64,000 bases of DNA from Orbicella franksi (taxonomy: Eukaryota), in the NCBI GenBank assembly GCA_964199315.1, contig OZ116707.1, positions 22,816,001 to 22,880,000 of the forward strand. Direction: 5' to 3'. Position numbers and translations under genes: made by a program. The notes under the pieces were generated by a model that worked only from the letters and a program-made list of their open reading frames with translations, had not been told where the DNA came from and made no database searches. This document shows positions 62,401 to 64,000 of this stretch, piece by piece (position 1 is the first letter of the stretch; every line of letters begins with the position of its first letter).

Positions 62401-63717
62401 GGAATCAGATTGGGGAAAACTGTGTAAAGTGGACATGGAAGTAGTTGCTGCTAAAGGGTTCCCATACCTTCTTGGCATCTGGTCTTGATCCTCCCCTTCT
62501 GGTAAAGAGAGCAGTGGCAGCAAGTGGTAGTGCTAAATCAATGCGTCTCTCACCTTGAATCTGAGTTATACGATCGATGAAGGTGTTGACAGTAGAAGGG
62601 GTCAAGTTTTCATCTCTAATTGTGTTAAAGTATAGTGAAATGGACGGCGTAGATGTGTATCTCATTATTCCAACTCTTGCACCATCTGGTTTTGCGGAAA
62701 CATCAAGCCCATTAACAATTCTTTTTAAGAAATCGAGCACAGCTCTCCAGTCGTCTGCTCCAAGTGCAAGGGTTTGGTCAAGAACGATTCCAACATCTAA
62801 GGGTCTTTTGCCATCTACCGAAGAAGAAAAGAGTGAATTAGCGTCAAACTATAAGGAACTCAGTAGCTTGGTTGAGCTTTGGGACTTTTAACTGAGAAGA
62901 AAACAATGAAGATAACTGGCGGCCTATGATTCAGGCTTACCTGGCCGTGGAGCAGTGCAGTTAGGTTTTCCATTGGATAATATCACATTACTCCTGTATA
63001 TCTTTACGCCATTTGCATCCACACAAAAGCACTCTTGGTTTGCGCACTGTAGCTTGTCAAAACTTCCATCAGGCCTGCAACGCGGTGTATAGCTTGAGGG
63101 ATCTCGTCCTTGATATTGTTTTTCACATGGTGTTGCTGGCTTGCCTGAGATCAATACAATGTTTATAAATTCGTTTAACTATGTTTACTCCCAACCATTC
63201 AGTTTTAAGATAGAAACATTTTCCTTCTCATGTCTTGAATGACTATACGAGGAATGTCTGAGAACTTGCAAACTTTGATGAAATCTGATGTTGACGATAC
63301 TGCCTTTTTAAAATCCCTATGGAAACGTGGGAACTAAATGACGAACCAATTCTGTTTTTTTTTTTAACATCTTCGGCCTCGACGCTTATTAGCAATGCCT
63401 CTCCAGTAACCTATCATTAAGAACAAAATTCATTTCCTCTCAGTAATACTTTTTGTGAGTGTGTTTCACTATCTGCGTACGTTTTTACCAAATAGGCTAC
63501 TCTGCACTTTTAAACATACCAGCTTGAGGACATCTAAGATACTTGGTAGTTCTTGACCCTGTCAATTCCGAGCCAGACGCATCTACGCACCAGCATTCTT
63601 TAGTCAATGACTTGCACTGAACTTCTTCATACTTTCCATCTGGTTTACATTCAGGTCCACGCATCATTGATCCTTGAGAACTGACTTGCTGGGCCTGACA
63701 ATCCGTAGGTTTTATTC
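840..63717 (-). CDS. Giant modular secreted/ECM-type protein (49 TY, 16 VWA, 4 follistatin-Kazal, 1 WAP, 7 Pro/Thr linkers); partial, open at both window ends
   Basis: 93 exons with AG/GT ends; phases chain without a frameshift or stop; about 21,141 coding nt. That all exons join one transcript is inferred from phase continuity and the absence of a terminal stop exon or signal-peptide start exon. Confidence 0.85.
1304..1638 (-). CDS. Exon 92: unit A VWA-b N-half
   Basis: 335 nt; DSSGS. Confidence 0.88.
1929..2138 (-). CDS. Exon 91: unit A follistatin/Kazal
   Basis: 210 nt; DPCKTDGCDAPYNTGCRVVDNAAECICPTCPDTVSPVCTSDDVQDRSECLMRRQSCVSGDLVTVAKIGPC. Confidence 0.88.
2229..2276 (-). CDS. Exon 90: unit A Pro/Thr micro-exon
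   Basis: 48 nt. Confidence 0.82.
2534..2774 (-). CDS. Exon 89: unit A VWA-a C-half
   Basis: 241 nt; PVIVITDG...GFCI. Confidence 0.88.
2886..3371. mobile_element. Hairpin-ended non-autonomous element (Crypton-like architecture, family unassigned), unit A
   Basis: Absent from the matching short intron of unit C (12556-12736); hairpins at 2945-2973 and 2979-3020; boundaries approximate. Confidence 0.6.
3443..3789 (-). CDS. Exon 88: unit A VWA-a N-half
   Basis: 347 nt; FIIGSSGAACSG. Confidence 0.88.
3824..3905. repeat. 38-bp direct repeat, period 44, private to unit A
   Basis: ATGTTATTACTTTCATTATTGTAGCACCTTCCCAAATT at 3824 and 3868; single diverged copy in unit B. Confidence 0.9.
4124..4165. 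repeat. (CAA)n microsatellite
   Basis: Direct reading; shorter (CAA/CCA)n tracts at about 2330-2375, 6907-6952 and 8680-8700. Confidence 0.9.
4355..4399 (-). CDS. Exon 87: unit B second Pro/Thr micro-exon
   Basis: 45 nt; PPPVTTPTPAPTTP. Confidence 0.82.
4453..5278. mobile_element. Non-autonomous TTAA-flanked DNA transposon (Kolobok-like MITE), 826 bp
   Basis: TTAA at 4449-4452 and 5279-5282; 13-bp TIR AGTGGTACTATGA / AGTAATACTATGA; absent from units C and D. RR termini plus TTAA match Kolobok rather than piggyBac (CC termini). Confidence 0.8.
5417..5654 (-). CDS. Exon 86: unit B VWA-b C-half
   Basis: 238 nt. Confidence 0.88.
5881..6215 (-). CDS. Exon 85: unit B VWA-b N-half
   Basis: 335 nt; DSSGS. 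Confidence 0.88.
6506..6715 (-). CDS. Exon 84: unit B follistatin/Kazal
   Basis: 210 nt; 10 Cys. Confidence 0.88.
6806..6853 (-). CDS. Exon 83: unit B Pro/Thr micro-exon
   Basis: 48 nt; VPPVRTTPTTQPTTPP. Confidence 0.82.
7111..7351 (-). CDS. Exon 82: unit B VWA-a C-half
   Basis: 241 nt. Confidence 0.88.
7463..7948. mobile_element. Same hairpin-ended element, unit B
   Basis: Copy of 2886-3371 at offset 4577. Confidence 0.6.
8020..8366 (-). CDS. Exon 81: unit B VWA-a N-half
   Basis: 347 nt; FIIGSSGTACSG. Confidence 0.9.
8727..9145. mobile_element. LINE (CR1/L2-like) insertion with inverted endonuclease-linker fragment and (TATG)10 tail
   Basis: Plus-strand frame 8852-9145 reads IVDTQISDHSLVYC...RSLKSY...ILDEHAPVK...PYMTEDW (APE SDH motif plus EN-RT linker); minus-strand AATAAAGTT(TATG)10 at 8727-8775; CATT on both flanks; absent in unit A. 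Confidence 0.7.
9306..9350 (-). CDS. Exon 80: unit C second Pro/Thr micro-exon
   Basis: 45 nt; PPPVTTTTPAPTTP. Confidence 0.82.
9502..9739 (-). CDS. Exon 79: unit C VWA-b C-half
   Basis: 238 nt; VITDG. Confidence 0.9.
9966..10300 (-). CDS. Exon 78: unit C VWA-b N-half
   Basis: 335 nt; DSSGS MIDAS. Confidence 0.9.
10573..10782 (-). CDS. Exon 77: unit C follistatin/Kazal
   Basis: 210 nt; 10 Cys. Confidence 0.88.
10873..10920 (-). CDS. Exon 76: unit C Pro/Thr micro-exon
   Basis: 48 nt; VPPVATTPTTQPTTPP. Confidence 0.82.
11124..12272. mobile_element. Tc2/pogo-like non-autonomous DNA transposon, 1149 bp
   Basis: TA at 11122-11123 and 12273-12274; TIR CCGTA(C/T)TTTCTCAATTAAACGCC; units A/B show the empty single-TA site; many TAAACGCCGG subterminal repeats. 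Confidence 0.85.
11450..11830 (-). pseudogene. Decayed HIRAN-like domain inside the Tc2-like element
   Basis: Reads FWKDIAIGEGLIVSHEENNKYDPCAMAVY...NVGHIPNELS, then (frameshift) FVKHGGNISAKV, then (frameshift) EQGGLEVP. Confidence 0.6.
12315..12555 (-). CDS. Exon 75: unit C VWA-a C-half
   Basis: 241 nt; PVIVITDG...GFCI. Confidence 0.9.
12737..13083 (-). CDS. Exon 74: unit C VWA-a N-half
   Basis: 347 nt; FIIGSSGAACNG. Confidence 0.9.
13481..14822. mobile_element. Element ending in a 73-bp-arm palindrome (Crypton-like architecture, unassigned)
   Basis: Arms 14633-14705 and 14748-14820, 3 mismatches; motif GATCTATTA..ACAGACGCACG recurs at 13532-13555; not in the other unit junctions; outer boundaries approximate. 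Confidence 0.6.
14873..14917 (-). CDS. Exon 73: unit D second Pro/Thr micro-exon
   Basis: 45 nt; PPPVTTPTPAPTTP. Confidence 0.82.
15065..16114. mobile_element. TA-flanked TIR DNA transposon derivative (Tc1/mariner-type TSD), about 1050 bp
   Basis: About 55-bp imperfect TIR GTACGCTGGACAAAACTG...; TA at 15063-15064 and 16115-16116; empty site in units A and B. Confidence 0.8.
16192..16429 (-). CDS. Exon 72: unit D VWA-b C-half
   Basis: 238 nt; VLIVITDG...KRLCD. Confidence 0.9.
16899..17233 (-). CDS. Exon 71: unit D VWA-b N-half
   Basis: 335 nt; DIAFVIDSSGSIG...GFTYTDKAL. Confidence 0.9.
17473..17682 (-). CDS. Exon 70: unit D follistatin (FOLN+Kazal) domain
   Basis: 210 nt; 10 Cys in follistatin spacing. 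Confidence 0.88.
17772..17819 (-). CDS. Exon 69: unit D Pro/Thr micro-exon
   Basis: 48 nt; VPPLRTTPSPQPTTSA. Confidence 0.82.
18195..18435 (-). CDS. Exon 68: unit D VWA-a C-half
   Basis: 241 nt; PVLVITDG...VFALGIG...GFCI. Confidence 0.9.
19730..20076 (-). CDS. Exon 67: unit D VWA-a N-half
   Basis: 347 nt; NCPIPMDTTFIIGSSGSIG...MRDVPR. Confidence 0.9.
20712..20903 (-). CDS. Exon 66: WAP four-disulfide core
   Basis: 192 nt, phase 1-1; KPGRCP...C...C...DC...KCCFDGC...C, 8 Cys. Confidence 0.88.
21030..21233 (-). CDS. Exon 65: four-cysteine TY domain
   Basis: 204 nt; TECQK...FIPSC...QVEGSDAFCVDDGG...PKC. Confidence 0.85.
22221..22408. mobile_element. Fold-back MITE
   Basis: Arms 22221-22303 and 22335-22408 are near-perfect reverse complements. 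Confidence 0.7.
22819..23632. mobile_element. Third, diverged copy of the Kolobok-like MITE, 814 bp
   Basis: TTAA at 22815-22818 and 23633-23636; TIR AGTGGTACTATGA / AGTGGTGCTATGA; interior aligns with 4453-5278. Confidence 0.8.
23839..24048 (-). CDS. Exon 64: TY domain
   Basis: 210 nt; QCYRNKCFCVGGNG. Confidence 0.85.
24166..24372 (-). CDS. Exon 63: TY domain
   Basis: 207 nt; QCVGSVCLCVDSRG. Confidence 0.9.
24491..24694 (-). CDS. Exon 62: TY domain
   Basis: 204 nt; QCTTGWDCWCVDEDG. Confidence 0.9.
24907..25116 (-). CDS. Exon 61: TY domain
   Basis: 210 nt; QCEASVCFCVDQQG. Confidence 0.9.
25836..26042 (-). CDS. Exon 60: TY domain
   Basis: 207 nt; QCAGGYCWCTSRSG. Confidence 0.85.
26319..26525 (-). 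CDS. Exon 59: TY domain
   Basis: 207 nt; QCRTTVCFCVDRNG. Confidence 0.9.
26906..27170 (-). CDS. Exon 58: VWA8 C-half
   Basis: 265 nt; LVILLVDGP...IYAIGV. Confidence 0.88.
27632..27972 (-). CDS. Exon 57: VWA8 N-half
   Basis: 341 nt; DVAFLLGSSPRT...MRKDVPR. Confidence 0.88.
28275..28527 (-). CDS. Exon 56: VWA7 C-half
   Basis: 253 nt; LLFVITASS...IYVLGVG. Confidence 0.88.
29104..29435 (-). CDS. Exon 55: VWA7 N-half
   Basis: 332 nt; DIGFVVDASSNV...MRRWVPK. Confidence 0.88.
29703..29955 (-). CDS. Exon 54: VWA6 C-half
   Basis: 253 nt; LLFVITDSG...VYALGVG; donor GTTGGG is weak. Confidence 0.84.
30572..30912 (-). CDS. Exon 53: VWA6 N-half
   Basis: 341 nt; DIAFLIGSSPST...RKDSLK. Confidence 0.88.
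31400..31652 (-). CDS. Exon 52: VWA5 C-half
   Basis: 253 nt; FLLVVADGD...RKIAS. Confidence 0.88.
32081..32424 (-). CDS. Exon 51: VWA5 N-half
   Basis: 344 nt; DVGILIASSPQT...MRTEASK. Confidence 0.88.
32793..33054 (-). CDS. Exon 50: VWA4 C-half
   Basis: 262 nt, phase 0-1; FLVLVSLD...IYSVGV. Confidence 0.86.
33470..33804 (-). CDS. Exon 49: VWA4 N-half
   Basis: 335 nt, phase 1-0; DVALVLDYATT...RPGVPK. Confidence 0.88.
33716..34048. repeat. 163-bp tandem duplication spanning the exon 49 acceptor
   Basis: AGACGT at 33716, 33879 and 34043; second copy repeats the acceptor and about 89 nt of exon. Confidence 0.9.
34348..34545 (-). CDS. Exon 48: TY domain (last of 32)
   Basis: 198 nt; QCGAGWDYCWCVDATG. 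Confidence 0.9.
35134..35355 (-). CDS. Exon 47: TY domain
   Basis: 222 nt; QCQGFVCYCVDKDG. Confidence 0.88.
35866..36078 (-). CDS. Exon 46: TY domain
   Basis: 213 nt; QCQVSSGVCWCVDSQG. Confidence 0.88.
36744..36968 (-). CDS. Exon 45: TY domain
   Basis: 225 nt; QCSAATGSCWCVYYNN. Confidence 0.88.
37197..37406 (-). CDS. Exon 44: TY domain
   Basis: 210 nt; QCSYAWGLQCWCADKNG. Confidence 0.88.
37779..37991 (-). CDS. Exon 43: TY domain
   Basis: 213 nt; QCYSATNYCWCVDSLG. Confidence 0.9.
38334..38546 (-). CDS. Exon 42: TY domain
   Basis: 213 nt; QCYPSVGVCWCVDKSG. Confidence 0.88.
38624..38869 (-). CDS. Exon 41: TY domain with extended first loop
   Basis: 246 nt; ...RASGPWWSTLRC...QCLARTSFCWCVDKYG. 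Confidence 0.88.
39064..39270 (-). CDS. Exon 40: TY domain
   Basis: 207 nt; QCENGICWCVDKYG. Confidence 0.9.
39489..39701 (-). CDS. Exon 39: TY domain
   Basis: 213 nt (NAGNAG acceptor, alternative start 39704); QCAPSGEYCWCVDQNG. Confidence 0.88.
40096..40311 (-). CDS. Exon 38: TY domain
   Basis: 216 nt; QCGSLGECWCVDRYG. Confidence 0.9.
40952..41161 (-). CDS. Exon 37: TY domain
   Basis: 210 nt; QCQKSTGYCWCVDRQG. Confidence 0.88.
41414..41541. repeat. 25-bp inverted repeat, remnant of an interspersed repeat
   Basis: AAGACAT(C/G)AATGATCATCGCAGTTA at 41414-41438 and reverse complement at 41517-41541. Confidence 0.65.
42096..42311 (-). CDS. Exon 36: TY domain
   Basis: 216 nt; QCHPSSGFCWCSDKDG. 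Confidence 0.9.
42522..42737 (-). CDS. Exon 35: TY domain
   Basis: 216 nt; QCHGSTGYCWCVDKNG. Confidence 0.9.
43268..43480 (-). CDS. Exon 34: TY domain
   Basis: 213 nt; QCHPSTGYCWCVDQNG. Confidence 0.9.
44035..44271 (-). CDS. Exon 33: TY domain
   Basis: 237 nt; QCHDALGQCWCVDKYG. Confidence 0.88.
44698..44910 (-). CDS. Exon 32: TY domain
   Basis: 213 nt; QCLRLEGPCWCVDKNG. Confidence 0.88.
45335..45559 (-). CDS. Exon 31: TY domain
   Basis: 225 nt; QCLEFGVRNETCWCVDSDG. Confidence 0.88.
45600..45662. repeat. (CAGT)n/(CAAT)n microsatellite next to the gap
   Basis: Direct reading. Confidence 0.9.
45666..45849. other. Assembly gap (184 N)
   Basis: Run of N. Confidence 1.
46232..46447 (-). CDS. 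Exon 30: TY domain
   Basis: 216 nt; QCDSSVGECWCVNKMG. Confidence 0.88.
47009..47224 (-). CDS. Exon 29: TY domain
   Basis: 216 nt; QCSGSTGLCWCVTKDG. Confidence 0.88.
47622..47834 (-). CDS. Exon 28: TY domain
   Basis: 213 nt; QCNTTHCWCVDSHG. Confidence 0.9.
48304..48516 (-). CDS. Exon 27: TY domain
   Basis: 213 nt; QCHESSGFCWCVDAGG. Confidence 0.9.
49007..49201 (-). CDS. Exon 26: TY domain
   Basis: 195 nt; QCNQAIGSCWCVDRLG. Confidence 0.9.
49672..49893 (-). CDS. Exon 25: TY domain
   Basis: 222 nt; QCDKSTGQCWCVDKNG. Confidence 0.88.
50301..50564 (-). CDS. Exon 24: TY domain with Pro/Ala-rich leader
   Basis: 264 nt (or 210 nt from an internal AG, start 50510); QCHPSTGYCWCVDEAG. Confidence 0.85.
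50724..50945 (-). CDS. Exon 23: TY domain
   Basis: 222 nt; QCHRFSSVCFCVDDYDG. Confidence 0.88.
51406..51603 (-). CDS. Exon 22: TY domain
   Basis: 198 nt; QCDYRYGYCWCSDENG. Confidence 0.9.
51810..52019 (-). CDS. Exon 21: TY domain
   Basis: 210 nt; QCGVQNDECWCVDANG. Confidence 0.88.
52223..52667. mobile_element. MITE with 14-bp TIR and 6-bp flanking direct repeat
   Basis: GAGGGTGGTAAAGG...CCTTTACCACCCTC; AATAGA at 52217-52222 and 52668-52673; internal TTCACG repeats. Confidence 0.75.
52756..52977 (-). CDS. Exon 20: TY domain
   Basis: 222 nt; QCRGPYCFCVDQNG. Confidence 0.9.
53566..53775 (-). CDS. Exon 19: TY domain
   Basis: 210 nt; QCRGSVCYCVDRRG. Confidence 0.9.
54011..54196 (-). CDS. Exon 18: TY domain
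   Basis: 186 nt; QCQGTACFCVNERG. Confidence 0.88.
54298..54510 (-). CDS. Exon 17: TY domain (first of 32 consecutive)
   Basis: 213 nt; QCSEYTGECWCVNSLG. Confidence 0.88.
54606..54855 (-). CDS. Exon 16: VWA3 C-half
   Basis: 250 nt, phase 0-1; VLVVFVGS...IIPVGMG...KAIAS. Confidence 0.88.
55303..55649 (-). CDS. Exon 15: VWA3 N-half
   Basis: 347 nt, phase 1-0; ELGFVFDGSGQ. Confidence 0.88.
55879..56091 (-). CDS. Exon 14: TY domain
   Basis: 213 nt; QCQSGGPMCWCVDANG. Confidence 0.88.
56397..56603 (-). CDS. Exon 13: TY domain
   Basis: 207 nt; QCNAHTGNCWCVNING. Confidence 0.9.
56825..57028 (-). CDS. Exon 12: TY domain
   Basis: 204 nt; QCDKSTEECWCVNKNG. Confidence 0.9.
57390..57605 (-). CDS. Exon 11: TY domain
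   Basis: 216 nt; QCYLSTCYCVDANG. Confidence 0.88.
57694..57894 (-). CDS. Exon 10: TY domain
   Basis: 201 nt; QCDGSSGECWCVDKQG. Confidence 0.88.
57985..58265. repeat. Degenerate (GACA/CAGT)n microsatellite region
   Basis: Direct reading. Confidence 0.85.
58315..58518 (-). CDS. Exon 9: TY domain
   Basis: 204 nt; QCLGSVCYCVNING. Confidence 0.88.
59511..59726 (-). CDS. Exon 8: TY domain
   Basis: 216 nt; QCHKSYCFCVNKDG. Confidence 0.9.
59830..60036 (-). CDS. Exon 7: TY domain
   Basis: 207 nt; QCDDKSKECWCADQNG. Confidence 0.9.
60660..60885 (-). CDS. Exon 6: VWA2 C-half (not in ORF track)
   Basis: 226 nt, phase 0-1; VVVLFINGEW...LKNRGVEVYVV...YAITK. Confidence 0.82.
61242..61576 (-). CDS. Exon 5: VWA2 N-half
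   Basis: 335 nt, phase 1-0; DVGFLADSSDT...RPATKQ. Confidence 0.88.
61856..62084 (-). CDS. Exon 4: VWA1 C-half
   Basis: 229 nt, phase 0-1; IAILVTSG...IYSVGIG...EAIAS. Confidence 0.88.
62468..62814 (-). CDS. Exon 3: VWA1 N-half
   Basis: 347 nt, phase 1-0; DVGIVLDQTLAL...RPDAKK. Confidence 0.88.
62941..63144 (-). CDS. Exon 2: TY domain
   Basis: 204 nt, phase 1-1; QCANQECFCVDANG. Confidence 0.9.
63520..63717 (-). CDS. Exon 1 in window: TY domain
   Basis: 198 nt, phase 1-1; QCKSLTKECWCVDASG. Confidence 0.9.
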
Positions 63718-64000
63718 CTACAAAAGAAGAAACCAATGGGCAGTTATTCAGCGGTTGTGTTTGCGAAGAGGTCTAAGAATCTAAGGCAATAAGAAACGAA
63801 AATAGATCTTTGGACTAGAAGTATTCTATTGCAGCTTCATGGAATATTTGTTACAAATAGTCGAAATATATATAAGGAGCTATCCAGACATAATTGTTGT
63901 AACTTATAGAACTGAACCTTTCAACAAGTAACTGACAATCATTAGATGACCCGCCTGTTCGTAATAAACTCAAACACTAAAGTTAAAGTTTTCTCCAAGC

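Noticed and set aside
840-63717. Naming the gene thyroglobulin, collagen VI, matrilin, nidogen or agrin
   Set aside because: No cholinesterase-like, Gly-X-Y, EGF, NIDO or laminin-G segments in the window; the domain order fits none of them.
770-63736. Many plus-strand ORFs overlapping the exons (e.g. 1383-1715, 37212-37796, 38130-38606)
   Set aside because: Antisense shadows of coding exons, with no domain motifs or splice logic.

Overview
AT-rich eukaryotic (metazoan) genomic DNA. A marine invertebrate, plausibly an anthozoan or coral, is my inference from the repeat families and domain content; the sequence does not prove it. The whole window lies inside one minus-strand gene that runs off both ends. 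By hand I traced 93 AG/GT-bounded exons that stay in frame and sum to about 21,141 nt (about 7,050 aa, a minimum). Order 5'->3': TYx2, VWAx2, TYx8, VWA, TYx32, VWAx5, TYx7, WAP, then four tandem copies of a 7-exon unit [VWA-a, PT linker, follistatin/Kazal, VWA-b, PT linker], the last lacking its final linker in the window. Totals: 49 thyroglobulin type-1 (TY) domains, 16 VWA, 4 follistatin (FOLN+Kazal), 1 WAP and 7 Pro/Thr linkers. Every module boundary is a phase-1 intron. The two most 3' units look identical over about 3.5 kb including introns. Introns carry TIR elements (Kolobok-like, Tc2-like with a decayed HIRAN-like ORF, TA-flanked), hairpin-ended elements, an inverted LINE fragment and microsatellites. 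There is one assembly gap. No RNA genes or CRISPR arrays were found. Coordinates were read by eye and may be off by a few bases.
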